From contig JBNKYL010000089.1 of the NCBI GenBank assembly GCA_050300875.1, positions 1-56,970 of the forward strand: DNA of 56,970 bases. Direction: 5' to 3'. The translations under genes were made by a program, and so were the position numbers. Below the pieces are notes generated by a model that worked only from the letters and a program-made list of their open reading frames with translations, ran no database searches and was not told where the DNA came from. This stretch comes from Paracoccaceae bacterium (GTDB taxonomy: Bacteria; Pseudomonadota; Alphaproteobacteria; Rhodobacterales; Rhodobacteraceae). Positions 37,477 to 46,754 of the stretch are shown piece by piece. Numbering within the stretch: the stretch's first letter is position 1; each line of letters begins with the position of its first letter.

Positions 37477-38357
37477 CAGCCCCGCCTTTCCAGCGCGCGA
37501 TAGGTCCAAAGCAGCGCGGCTTCGGCGGCCTGATCGGTGCGCGCGGTATGGAACAGCCAGCCGGTGCGCTGGGCCAGGTCCTGCAGGTTCGCGCGCCGGC
37601 GCGTCAGACGGTCCAGATAGGCGGGTTTCAGGTCAGCCGCTTTCAAAGTTTCATGTTCCAGCGTGCCGCCCTGGCTTTGAAAGATCGTGCGACCGCGGAA
37701 GGGAAATGATTCTTCCTGCGGGTCGAGCACCTGCACCATCGCGCCGCGCACGCCGGTGCGGGCATTGCGCGTGATTTCGGCGATCAGCGGGGCGGGATCG
37801 GCAAGAAAATCCGATATCAGCACCACGCGACCATGTGCCTGAACGCCGGACAGGTCAGGCAGTGCATAGTCGGAGGGGTCGCCATCGCGTTCCAAGATTG
37901 CCGCGATGCGCGATGTCTGTGTGTCGCCGGCGGCTGGGCGCAAACCTTGCGGTCCGGCCAGACCGACGCGTTCGCCGCCCCGAATCAAAAGGATTGCCAG
38001 GGCCAGCGCCAAAACCTTGGCGCGGCGGCCCTTGGGCGGCAGGTTGCGGTTGGACTGAAACGCCATGGACAGGCCGGGATCGGCCCAAATCCATACCGAT
38101 TGCGCCGCCTGCCATTCCTTTTCACGGACGAAATGGGTGTCCGAACGCGCCGACCGCCGCCAGTCGATGGCGCGTGCCGGGTCGCCCGCATGTGCCGGGC
38201 GGTATTGCCAGAATTCATCGCCGCGACCTGCGCGCCGCCGACCATGCACGCCCAGCATCACCGTCGCCGCCAGTCGTTCGGCGTCGGCCAGCAAGGGTGG
38301 CAGCGGAGCGGCCAGCCCTTCGGCGCGCGCGCGCAGGGATAGCGGAGTTTGGCTCAC
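37476..38357 (-). CDS. DUF58-family protein (MoxR partner)
   Basis: It has the core motif GDEFWQYRPAHAGDPARAIDWRRSAR, typical of DUF58. It has a 4-nt overlap with moxR. Confidence 0.8.
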   Translation of the reverse strand: MSQTPLSLRARAEGLAAPLPPLLADAERLAATVMLGVHGRRRAGRGDEFWQYRPAHAGDPARAIDWRRSARSDTHFVREKEWQAAQSVWIWADPGLSMAFQSNRNLPPKGRRAKVLALALAILLIRGGERVGLAGPQGLRPAAGDTQTSRIAAILERDGDPSDYALPDLSGVQAHGRVVLISDFLADPAPLIAEITRNARTGVRGAMVQVLDPQEESFPFRGRTIFQSQGGTLEHETLKAADLKPAYLDRLTRRRANLQDLAQRTGWLFHTARTDQAAEAALLWTYRALERRG

Positions 38358-39361
38358 GCGGCGTTCTCGACCAGGCCGATACCGGACAGGACTTGGTTGA
38401 TCAGCCCGTCGATTGTGGCCCCTTCGGCGCGCGCGGCAAAACTCAGTGCCATGCGGTGGCGCAGCACGGGCGCGGCCATGCGCGCGATGTCATCGGTATT
38501 TGGGGCCAGGCGGCCATCGAGCAGGGCGCGGGCGCGCACGGTCAACATCAGCGCCTGTGCGGCACGCGGGCCAGGCCCCCAGGCGACGGTTTCGCGAACG
38601 ATGTCGGGCGCTGTCCCGTCTTCGGGGCGAAATGCGCGCACAACATCAAGGATGCGTTCCACGACGCTGTCACCCACCGGCATCCGGCGCAACATGGCCT
38701 GCGCAGCAATCAGCTCATCGGCGGTGAAAACGGCATGGGCGTCTTCTTCGGCTGCGCCTGTGGTGGCCAGAAGGATTGCGCGTTCGGCGTCCCGTTGGGG
38801 ATAATCAACGTCGATCTGAACAAGGAAGCGGTCAAGCTGGGCTTCGGGCAGGGGATAGGTGCCTTCCTGTTCGATCGGGTTCTGCGTGGCCAGCACGTGG
38901 AAGGGCGCGGGCAGCGGGTGCGGTTGGCCCGCAATCGTTACGGACCGCTCCTGCATCGCCTGCAACAGCGCGGACTGCGTACGCGGGCTGGCGCGGTTGA
39001 TCTCGTCGGCCATCAAAAGCTGGCAGAACACCGGACCATCGATAAAACGAAATGCACGCGAACCGTCTGCCGCCGTTTCCAGCACTTCAGACCCCAGAAT
39101 ATCCGCGGGCATCAGGTCCGGCGTGAACTGCACGCGCGCGCCGTCCAGTCCCATGACCGTCGACAGTGTTTCCACAAGGCGGGTCTTGCCCAGACCCGGC
39201 AGGCCCACCAGCAAACCGTGCCCGCCACACAAAAGCGCCGACAGGACCAGTTCGACGACTTCATGTTGGCCGATGAACCGCTTTTCGATACTGGTCCGGG
39301 CTTCGGCCAGTTTTTCGCCCAAAGCTTCGATTTCTTCCACCAGCGGTTCGGTCGCGGTCAT
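38354..39361 (-). CDS. MoxR-family AAA+ ATPase
   Basis: It has Walker A (GLPGLGKT), Walker B (LLMADEINRASP) and a MoxR-type C-terminal lid. Confidence 0.9.
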   Translation of the reverse strand: MTATEPLVEEIEALGEKLAEARTSIEKRFIGQHEVVELVLSALLCGGHGLLVGLPGLGKTRLVETLSTVMGLDGARVQFTPDLMPADILGSEVLETAADGSRAFRFIDGPVFCQLLMADEINRASPRTQSALLQAMQERSVTIAGQPHPLPAPFHVLATQNPIEQEGTYPLPEAQLDRFLVQIDVDYPQRDAERAILLATTGAAEEDAHAVFTADELIAAQAMLRRMPVGDSVVERILDVVRAFRPEDGTAPDIVRETVAWGPGPRAAQALMLTVRARALLDGRLAPNTDDIARMAAPVLRHRMALSFAARAEGATIDGLINQVLSGIGLVENAA

Positions 39362-39422
39362 GACAATGCTCCTGCTTTGGTTATATGGTCCGCATTAAAG
39401 GAAGTTATTGCGCGGACAGCAA

Positions 39423-40022
39423 ATGGCAAACGCGGATCAGGCACAAAAGATCGTGAAAACCGGCGCGGAATCGCTGGCCGATGCGGCGCGCAAGGCCAGC
39501 AAGCGCGGATTGCCGCCCGTTCATCTGTGGAACCCGCCGTTTTGTGGCGACCTCGATATGCGCATCGCCCGTGACGGCACGTGGTTCTATCTGGGCACGC
39601 CCATTGGGCGGTTTGAACTGGCGCGGTTGTTTTCCACAATCCTGCGTCGCGATGGCGACAATTACTTTCTGGTCACCCCGGTCGAAAAGGTCGGGATTAC
39701 CGTGGATGACGCCCCCTTCGTCGCCGTGGATTTCACCATTGAAGGCGAGGGCCCGGATCAGGTTCTGACGTTTGAAACCAACATGGGCGACCTTGCGCCT
39801 GCCGGTCCCGATCATCCGATCCGGGTGGTGCGTGACCCTGAAACCGGCGAGCCGTCGCCTTACGTTCTGGTGCGCGCCAACCTGGAGGCATTGATCGACC
39901 GCAAAAGTTTCTATCGGCTGGTCGAACTTGGCGCCCATGAAACGCGCGATGATGAAAGCTGGTTCGGCTTGTGGTCGGGGGGGCAGTTCTTTCCCATCAT
40001 CCCGTCGGCAGAATTGCGCTAG
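39423..40022 (+). CDS. DUF1285-family protein
   Basis: PPVHLWNPPFCGDLDMRIARDGTWFYLGTPI is the family hallmark as I recall it. The gene is divergent from moxR across a 61-nt spacer. Confidence 0.7.
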   Translation: MANADQAQKIVKTGAESLADAARKASKRGLPPVHLWNPPFCGDLDMRIARDGTWFYLGTPIGRFELARLFSTILRRDGDNYFLVTPVEKVGITVDDAPFVAVDFTIEGEGPDQVLTFETNMGDLAPAGPDHPIRVVRDPETGEPSPYVLVRANLEALIDRKSFYRLVELGAHETRDDESWFGLWSGGQFFPIIPSAELR

Positions 40023-40060
40023 GGCTTTGGCCAAACAAATTTGGACAGGCTGAAAGGCTA

Positions 40061-40078
40061 CTGACAGAATGCTGTCAG
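40061..40078. promoter_or_regulatory. Inverted repeat CTGACAG-AATG-CTGTCAG upstream of the VOC/YafY operon
   Basis: It has perfect 7-bp arms and lies 50 nt upstream of the VOC ATG. No T-tract follows, so it is more likely an operator than a terminator. Confidence 0.3.
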
Positions 40079-40127
40079 CAGGGGTGTGCGATGTAGGCGC
40101 TGCAACACATCCCTGAAAGGAAATGAC

Positions 40128-40499
40128 ATGACCCAGCCCACCGTCGTATGGACCGAAATTCCCGTCACAGATCTTGATCGCGCGCAGGCGTTCTATTCGG
40201 ATGTCTTCGGCTGGCAGATGGCCCGCGACGATACCGGACCCAACCCGATGGTACTTTTCAGTACGGATGCGGCCGGTGTTCACGGCCATCTATATCCGGG
40301 CATGCCTGCCGTGGACGGGCAGGGGCCGACCCTGCACCTGATGGTTTCCGATACGGTTGAAGCGGCGGTTGATCGCGTCAAGGCCGCAGGCGGCACGGTG
40401 TTGCCGATACCGGTGATCACCATTCCGCCGGGCCGTTTCGCCTACGCGCAGGATCCCGACGGAAATTCGCTGGGCCTGTTCGAACCGAAAGCCGCCTGA
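40128..40499 (+). CDS. VOC (glyoxalase/bleomycin-resistance/dioxygenase) family protein
   Basis: VWTEIPVTDLDRAQAFYSDVFGW...DPDGNSLGLFEP is a classic VOC beta-alpha-beta module. The RBS is GAAAGGA. Confidence 0.8.
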   Translation: MTQPTVVWTEIPVTDLDRAQAFYSDVFGWQMARDDTGPNPMVLFSTDAAGVHGHLYPGMPAVDGQGPTLHLMVSDTVEAAVDRVKAAGGTVLPIPVITIPPGRFAYAQDPDGNSLGLFEPKAA

Positions 40500-41185
40500 T
40501 GCGCCGGGCCGACCGCCTTTTCCAAATCGTGCAATATCTGCGCGGCGGTCGGCTCGTCACCGCCGCGCAGCTGGCCGAAAGGCTCAAAGTCACGCCGCGC
40601 ACGATCTATCGCGACGTGGCCGACCTGATCGGATCTGGCGTGCCGATCGAAGGCGAGGCCGGCGTCGGCTACATGATGCGCGACGGCTATGATCTGCCGC
40701 CGTTGATGTTCACCGAGGCCGAAATCGTGTCATTGGTGGCCGGTGCCCGGCTGATCCGGGCCTGGGGCGGGGCCAGCATGGCCGCAAATGCCGAAGAAGC
40801 GTTGATCAAGATCGGCGCGGTTCTACCCGACCGAGCCCGCGCACGGGCCGAGGCGGTCAGCGTGCACGCCCCCGACATGTCCGGCATGTCGGATGACCTG
40901 CGCCGGTTGATCGACCGTATCGAGGCGGCAACCAATGCATCGGTCCGCATTCAATTCGGTTACGTTGATGAAAACGATGCGGCAACAATGCGTACGATCA
41001 GGCCCTTGGGCCTTTGGTTCTGGGGCAAGGTCTGGACCGTTGTCGCCTGGTGTGAGTTGCGTCAGGATTTTCGTATGTTCCGCCTGGACCGGATGGAAAA
41101 CGTGTCAGAGGCGGGAACGTTTCATCCTGAACGCGGGCAGACGCTGCGGGATTTCTATGCGCAGGAAGCCTGGCGCAGACGATAA
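40499..41185 (+). CDS. YafY-family transcriptional regulator (HTH + WYL domain)
   Basis: It has the HTH RADRLFQIVQYLRGGRLVTAAQLAERLKVTPRTIYRDVADL and a WYL-type C-terminus (LGLWFWGKVWTVVAWCELRQDFRMFRLDRM). It overlaps the VOC gene as TGATG. Confidence 0.85.
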   Translation: MRRADRLFQIVQYLRGGRLVTAAQLAERLKVTPRTIYRDVADLIGSGVPIEGEAGVGYMMRDGYDLPPLMFTEAEIVSLVAGARLIRAWGGASMAANAEEALIKIGAVLPDRARARAEAVSVHAPDMSGMSDDLRRLIDRIEAATNASVRIQFGYVDENDAATMRTIRPLGLWFWGKVWTVVAWCELRQDFRMFRLDRMENVSEAGTFHPERGQTLRDFYAQEAWRRR

Positions 41186-41206
41186 CAGGGAAGGGTGTCT
41201 TTCGCG

Positions 41207-42004
41207 TCAATATTTCGGCGGACGGCCCTGCATGTTCGCCGCGACCGCTTCAAGCTGGTTCGGAGCGCCCAGAATTTCTGACTGAAGCAGTGCCTCGAGA
41301 TGCAGCGCTTCTGCCGGGGGCAAGGCCCAGGCTTCTTCGACAAGCCGCTTGGCCGCCCGGATCGCATCCGGGGACCGAGCGGCGATTTCGTCTGCCATTG
41401 CGAAGGCGCGGTCAAGCGGGCTGTCATCGACATACGTGAGCAGCCCGAAATCAGCAGCGCTGTGCGCGTCCAGAACGCGCGCGGTCATGATGAGCTCTTT
41501 TGCCAGATCGGCACGAACGAGTTTCGGAAGGCTCTGTGTGATCCCCATATCAGGGATCAGGCCCCACTTCGCTTCCATGATCGACAAACGCGCATCGGGG
41601 GCGGCAATGCGGAAATCCGCGGCCAGCGCCAATTGCATCCCTGCGCCGAAGGCCACGTCTTGAACCGCTGCGATAACCGGCACTTCCAGCGCCTGCCAGC
41701 AGGTAACCGGGCGCTGATAGAAATTCGCGGCCTCGCCCGGCGCGGGGTTGAGCATCCGGTCTTTTACCTGATCCAGTTTTCCGACCAAGGTCTGCATCAC
41801 CGACAGGTCCAGCCCCGCGCAGAAACACCCCCTTGCGCCTGACATGACGACAGCGCGCAAGCCCGGTTTGGTTGCCAGTTCCGCAGCCGCGTCGGGCAGG
41901 TCGCCGAACATGTCCAGAGACATGGCGTTCTTCTTTTCAGGACGGTTCAGGATGACGTGGGCGACATGGTCGCCCCGCCATTCGATCCGGACGGTATCTG
42001 CCAT
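41207..42004 (-). CDS. Enoyl-CoA hydratase/isomerase (crotonase) family protein
   Basis: VILNRPEKKNAM, FCAGLDL and AVQDVAFGAGMQLALAADFRIA are crotonase signatures. Confidence 0.85.
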   Translation of the reverse strand: MADTVRIEWRGDHVAHVILNRPEKKNAMSLDMFGDLPDAAAELATKPGLRAVVMSGARGCFCAGLDLSVMQTLVGKLDQVKDRMLNPAPGEAANFYQRPVTCWQALEVPVIAAVQDVAFGAGMQLALAADFRIAAPDARLSIMEAKWGLIPDMGITQSLPKLVRADLAKELIMTARVLDAHSAADFGLLTYVDDSPLDRAFAMADEIAARSPDAIRAAKRLVEEAWALPPAEALHLEALLQSEILGAPNQLEAVAANMQGRPPKY

Positions 42005-42175
42005 CGGTCGGTTCCCTTGTTCACATCTGTTGTTTCATATCAGACAGGATTTGACAGCTGCCGTAAACGTGCCATGTCTTGGCGCGCGTCACCTGCCCGG
42101 CGCGGGGCCAGTTCGCCCCGGACTTCCACGACCGGAAATGGGCAGGCGGTCCCGTGACATGAAGGATGCACGCGC

Positions 42176-42589
42176 ATGATGATGGTGCGCTGTTTTCTCG
42201 GGCCCTCGTCCATCGAAGGGCTGGGCGTTTTTACTGCAGTTGATATTCGGAAAGGTGCTTTGGTCTGGCTGTATGACAGTCGGTTCGACGTGTCCTATGA
42301 AAAGGCCGACCTGGCCCGCGTGCCGGCACATTTCCGGGAATTTCTGGAACGATACACCTACGACCATCCATCCGACAACGAGCGCGTCGTGCTGGATTGC
42401 GACGAGGGTCGTTTCATGAATCATGCCGTCCGACCGAATGTCGACCTGACGGATCCATATCGTGGCATCGCAACATGCGATATCACTGCGGGTTCGGAAT
42501 TGACCTGCGACTATGGCACCTTCACGCAAGGGATGATCGAATTTCAACCATCGCGCCACAGGGTCGGACAGGCCATGGCGATGGCCTGA
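42176..42589 (+). CDS. Small SET-domain protein (137 aa)
   Basis: It has GLGVF, RFMNHAVRPN (an NHS-type motif) and GSELTCDYG (an ELxxDY motif), in the order expected for a SET methyltransferase core. The RBS is GAAGGA. Confidence 0.7.
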   Translation: MMMVRCFLGPSSIEGLGVFTAVDIRKGALVWLYDSRFDVSYEKADLARVPAHFREFLERYTYDHPSDNERVVLDCDEGRFMNHAVRPNVDLTDPYRGIATCDITAGSELTCDYGTFTQGMIEFQPSRHRVGQAMAMA

Positions 42590-42598
42590 TCCCCAAAC

Positions 42599-43165
42599 TC
42601 AGGCGCGGCGCCATTGACCCGGTTGCAGCCCGTCCAGCGTCCAGTTGCCCACTTGCCAGCGGATCAGCCGCAAGGTGGGGTGGCCCACCGCCGCTGTCAT
42701 GCGGCGGACCTGCCGGTTTTTGCCTTCGGTGATCGTCAAAGACAGCCAGCAATCGGGTACGCTCTTGCGGACGCGGATCGGCGGATCACGGGGCCAAAGA
42801 TCGGCAGGCGGGTCGATCAGTGTCGCCTTGGCAGGTTGGGTGTGCCCGTCTTTCAGATCGACCCCATTGCGCAAACGGTCCAGCGCCGCTTGATCCGGAA
42901 TACCTTCGACATGAACAAAATACGTTTTGGGGAGTTTGAATTTCGGATTGGAAATGCGCGCCTGCATTCGCCCGTCATCGGTTAGAACCAAAAGACCTTC
43001 GCTGTCCCGGTCGAGCCGCCCGGCCGGGTAGATGCCCGGCAGGTCGATGAAATCGCTGAGCGTTCGGCGCGGCGTTTCCGTTGCATTGTCCGTAAATTGC
43101 GACAACACGTCGTAGGGTTTGTTAAACAGGATTAGCGTCACGAAAGGCCCTGTGGCATTCGGCAC
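42599..43165 (-). CDS. rluE: 23S rRNA pseudouridine synthase E
   Basis: [33 protein letters not shown] and [22 protein letters not shown] are collinear with E. coli RluE. The start is uncertain (28-nt overlap with the upstream gene). Confidence 0.85.
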   Translation of the reverse strand: MPNATGPFVTLILFNKPYDVLSQFTDNATETPRRTLSDFIDLPGIYPAGRLDRDSEGLLVLTDDGRMQARISNPKFKLPKTYFVHVEGIPDQAALDRLRNGVDLKDGHTQPAKATLIDPPADLWPRDPPIRVRKSVPDCWLSLTITEGKNRQVRRMTAAVGHPTLRLIRWQVGNWTLDGLQPGQWRRA

Positions 43166-43719
43166 TCGCTTGCGGCCGCGACCGTCTTGGCGATCCGACT
43201 GGCGCGCGTCTTTGCGGTCTTGGCCGACTTGATCCAGTACAATAGTTGCTTGCGCTTGCTTTCAGCCAGGCCTTCCCAGCCATTTCGGGCGGCTTTTGCT
43301 GTCAGGGCTGCGTCAAGGTCTTCCGGGGCCCGTAGAGCTTCGATATCGTCAAGAAAGCCCCACATTCCATTTTCCTTGGCGACGCGTACCGCCTTTTCTC
43401 CCGCGGGCATCATCCGACCTTCAGCGCGCAGCTTTTCAACCCGGTCCTTGTTGGGGATCGACCAGATGCTATCGGCCCGGCGCGGCGAAATCAGCCGCTC
43501 CATCCGATCTTCATCCACCCGTCGCATGCGCGAATCGATCCATCCGAAACAGAGTAGTTCATCCACCGACGCGCCGATCGAAACGTAGTGCGGGCTGTGT
43601 TTCTTGTAGGTCACCAGCCAGACGGTTTCACTCTGCTGGTGGTGATCGCGCAGCCATTCGCGCAACTCCGCTTGGCTTCGAACTTCGATCCGAGGGGCGT
43701 GATCAATCGGTTTGCTCAT
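43138..43719 (-). CDS. YdeI/OmpD-associated family protein
   Basis: The 193-aa product has [30 protein letters not shown], typical of the YdeI family. The assignment is by eye. Confidence 0.65.
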   Translation of the reverse strand: MSKPIDHAPRIEVRSQAELREWLRDHHQQSETVWLVTYKKHSPHYVSIGASVDELLCFGWIDSRMRRVDEDRMERLISPRRADSIWSIPNKDRVEKLRAEGRMMPAGEKAVRVAKENGMWGFLDDIEALRAPEDLDAALTAKAARNGWEGLAESKRKQLLYWIKSAKTAKTRASRIAKTVAAASECRMPQGLS

Positions 43720-43761
43720 TTGGCCATCATGTCTGCCGCCGGTTTCGAATGGATAGGCTCG

Positions 43762-46560
43762 TCAATGCGCCTCGGCCCAGTTGTTGCCCTGGCCAGCATC
43801 GACCACAAGCGGCACTGCGAACTGGACGGCGGGCATGGCCGCATTTTCCATGCAATCCTTGGCCGCCGTGATCGTCTTGTCCACGGCATCCTCGTCCACT
43901 TCGAACAGCAATTCGTCGTGGACTTGAAGAAGCATTTTCGCAGGCAGCCTTTCGATGGCGCTTTCCATCCGGATCATGGCCCGTCGGATGACATCAGCGG
44001 CGGTGCCTTGGATGGGCGCGTTGATGGCAGCGCGGCGGGCAAACCCGGCATGGGGCCCCTTGGCGTTGATTTCGGGCGTATGGATCTTGCGACCGAACAG
44101 GGTCTGGACGTAGCCATGGTCCTTGGCGAATTTCACCGTGTCGTCCATGTATTCCTTGATACCAGGGAAGCGTTCGAAATAGCGGTCGATGAAGCCTTGG
44201 GCTTCGGCGCGCGGGATGCGCAGGTTGCGCGCCAGCCCGAAGCCGGAAATGCCGTAGATCACGCCGAAATTGATCGCCTTGGCCTGGCGGCGGATATCCG
44301 GCGTCATTTCATCCAAGGGCACATTGAACATTTCAGATGCGGTCGCGGCGTGGATGTCCTGGCCGTCCCGGAATGCTTCCTTGAGGCTGTCGATTCCGGC
44401 AATATGGGCCAGAATTCGCAGTTCGATTTGCGAATAATCGAGCGAGAGCAGGACCTTGCCGGCTTCGGCCACAAACGCTTCGCGGATGCGGCGGCCTTCT
44501 TCGGTGCGCACTGGGATGTTTTGCAGGTTCGGGTCGGTCGAAGCCAATCGCCCGGTATTCGCCCCGGCGATCGCATAGGACGTATGGACACGGCCCGTTT
44601 CGGCGTTGATGTGGTCCTGAAGGCTGTCGGTGTAGGTCGATTTCAATTTCTGCAGTTGCCGGTAGTCCAGCACGCGGGCCGGGAAGTCGTGTTCGGTGGC
44701 GAGGTCTTCCAGAACGTCGGCCGGCGTCGACCACTGACCCGTCTTGGTCTTGGTGCCGCCTTCCAGCCCCATCTGTTCAAAAAGGATTTGGCCCACCTGC
44801 GCGGGGGACTGCACGTTGAAGGGCACGCCCGCAAGTTCGTGAAGTTCAGCTTCCAGCCCTGCCATTTTCTGGGCGAAAGCGTTGGACATGCGGGACAGCG
44901 TGTCGCGGTCGACCTTGATGCCCGCCATTTCCATCCGCGCCAATACCGGCACCAGCGGGCGTTCCAGCGTTTCATAGACGGTGGTCACCTGTTTCTGGTG
45001 CAATTGCGGCTTGAAATGCTGCCAGAGCCGCAGGGTGATGTCGGCGTCCTCAGCGGCGTATTTTACGGCCTCGTCAATCGGCACGCGGTCAAAGGTGATC
45101 GCGGATTTGCCACTGCCGAGCAGCGATTTGATCGGGATGGGTTTATGCGCCAGGTAGCGCTCGGACAGCAGGTCCATGCCGTGATTGTGGATGCCTGCGT
45201 TCAAGGCATAGCTCATCAACATCGTGTCGTCGATCGGGGCCACATCCACGCCGTAGCGGGCCAGGATCTTGGCGTCGTATTTCATGTTCTGGCCGATTTT
45301 CAGAACGGCGTCGTCTTCGAGCATGGGCTTTAGCATGGCGAGCGCGCGGTCGAGCCCGATCTGGCCTTCGGCCAGGTCATCGCCGCCGAACAACCCTTCG
45401 CCACCCGACGCCTTGTGGATCAGCGGGACATAGCAGGCTTCGCCCGGTTCGACGGACAGGCAGATGCCCACCAGTTCGGCTGTCATTTCGTTCAGCGCGG
45501 TCGTTTCGGTGTCGACAGCGACGTAGCCGCGCGCGTTTATGCGGTCGATCCAGACCTGCAATGCAGCCTCGTCGCGGACGCATTCATAGGCGTCCGGGTC
45601 GATTTTTGGGATATCGAGCGGCTGGACCGGATCGGCGCCTTCGGGTGTCGTGTCCACAATGGCAGGGGTGTCGACGCCCAGTTTGTCGGCGATGCGCGCC
45701 GTCAGGGTTCGGAATTCCATCGAAGCCAGGAACGGCAGCAGCACATCCGGGTCCGGGTCGCGGTCTTCCAGATCATCAAGCGTGAAGTCGAGTTCCATGT
45801 TGCAGTCAAGCTGCACAAGCCGTCGCGAGATGCGGATCAGCTCGGCGTTTTCGACCAGGCTTTCGCGCCGCTTGGGCTGCTTGATCTCGCCCGCGCGCTC
45901 CAAAAGCGTGTCGAGGTCGCCATATTCGTTGATCAGCAGGGCGGCGGTCTTCAGCCCGATTCCCGGGGCGCCGGGGACGTTGTCGACACTGTCACCGGCC
46001 AGCGCCTGCACATCGACCACACGTTCCGGGCCAACGCCGAATTTTTCGAATACGCCGTCGCGGTCGACGATTTTGTTTTTCATCGGATCGAGCATGTCGA
46101 CCCCGTCGCCCACCAACTGCATAAGGTCCTTGTCCGAACTGACGATGGTCACGCGGCCACCGGCGGCCCGGCCCTGACAGGCAAGCGTCGCGATGATGTC
46201 ATCGGCTTCGAACCCTTCCACTTCGATGCAAGGGATATTGAAGGCCTTCGTCGCTTCGCGGGTCAGCGGAAATTGCGGCACCAGGTCTTCGGGCGCTGGC
46301 GGGCGGTTGGCCTTGTATTTGTCGTAGATGTCATTGCGGAACGACTTGCCGGAATAGTCGAAGATCACCGCGACATGGGTGGGGGCGTCATCGCCTTTGC
46401 TGTCCTCGACGATCTTGAACAGCATGTTGCAAAACCCGCTGACGGCGCCGATGGGCAACCCGTCGGATTTGCGCGTGAGCGGCGGCAACGCGTGATAGGC
46501 GCGGAAGATGAACGCTGAGCCGTCGATCAGATGCAGGTGATGTCCCTTGCCGAATGCCAT
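43762..46560 (-). CDS. polA: DNA polymerase I
   Basis: It has the 5'-3' exonuclease (LIDGSAFIFRAYHALP), 3'-5' exonuclease and polymerase domains (motif A LLSLDYSQIELR, motif B RRQAKAINFGVIYG, motif C QVHDELLFE). I chose the ATG at 46558-46560. Confidence 0.95.
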   Translation of the reverse strand: MAFGKGHHLHLIDGSAFIFRAYHALPPLTRKSDGLPIGAVSGFCNMLFKIVEDSKGDDAPTHVAVIFDYSGKSFRNDIYDKYKANRPPAPEDLVPQFPLTREATKAFNIPCIEVEGFEADDIIATLACQGRAAGGRVTIVSSDKDLMQLVGDGVDMLDPMKNKIVDRDGVFEKFGVGPERVVDVQALAGDSVDNVPGAPGIGLKTAALLINEYGDLDTLLERAGEIKQPKRRESLVENAELIRISRRLVQLDCNMELDFTLDDLEDRDPDPDVLLPFLASMEFRTLTARIADKLGVDTPAIVDTTPEGADPVQPLDIPKIDPDAYECVRDEAALQVWIDRINARGYVAVDTETTALNEMTAELVGICLSVEPGEACYVPLIHKASGGEGLFGGDDLAEGQIGLDRALAMLKPMLEDDAVLKIGQNMKYDAKILARYGVDVAPIDDTMLMSYALNAGIHNHGMDLLSERYLAHKPIPIKSLLGSGKSAITFDRVPIDEAVKYAAEDADITLRLWQHFKPQLHQKQVTTVYETLERPLVPVLARMEMAGIKVDRDTLSRMSNAFAQKMAGLEAELHELAGVPFNVQSPAQVGQILFEQMGLEGGTKTKTGQWSTPADVLEDLATEHDFPARVLDYRQLQKLKSTYTDSLQDHINAETGRVHTSYAIAGANTGRLASTDPNLQNIPVRTEEGRRIREAFVAEAGKVLLSLDYSQIELRILAHIAGIDSLKEAFRDGQDIHAATASEMFNVPLDEMTPDIRRQAKAINFGVIYGISGFGLARNLRIPRAEAQGFIDRYFERFPGIKEYMDDTVKFAKDHGYVQTLFGRKIHTPEINAKGPHAGFARRAAINAPIQGTAADVIRRAMIRMESAIERLPAKMLLQVHDELLFEVDEDAVDKTITAAKDCMENAAMPAVQFAVPLVVDAGQGNNWAEAH

Positions 46561-46754
46561 GTCGCGCTCCCCGTTCACTTGCGACAGGTTTGCCATGTGC
46601 GTGGCCAAAGGGCCAGATGTCGCGAAGCGATTTACCGGCGGAATGAAAGACATCCAGTTCTTGATCGCTCGGATTCACGATACCTAAACGTCGATGGGCT
46701 AGGCCTGAGAATCAGCGTTCTACTTTGATGGAAGCCAAATGGGTTCGGCGCGCA

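Noticed and set aside
37835-39574. 579-aa plus-strand ORF
   Set aside because: It is antisense to the DUF58 and MoxR genes, which have clear Walker and DUF58 motifs. Its Arg/Pro/Gly-rich composition is typical of GC-rich shadow frames.
43588-46518. Two long plus-strand ORFs (581 aa and 367 aa)
   Set aside because: They lie entirely antisense to polA, whose three domains and catalytic motifs are unambiguous. Their composition is Arg/Gly/His-rich and shadow-like.
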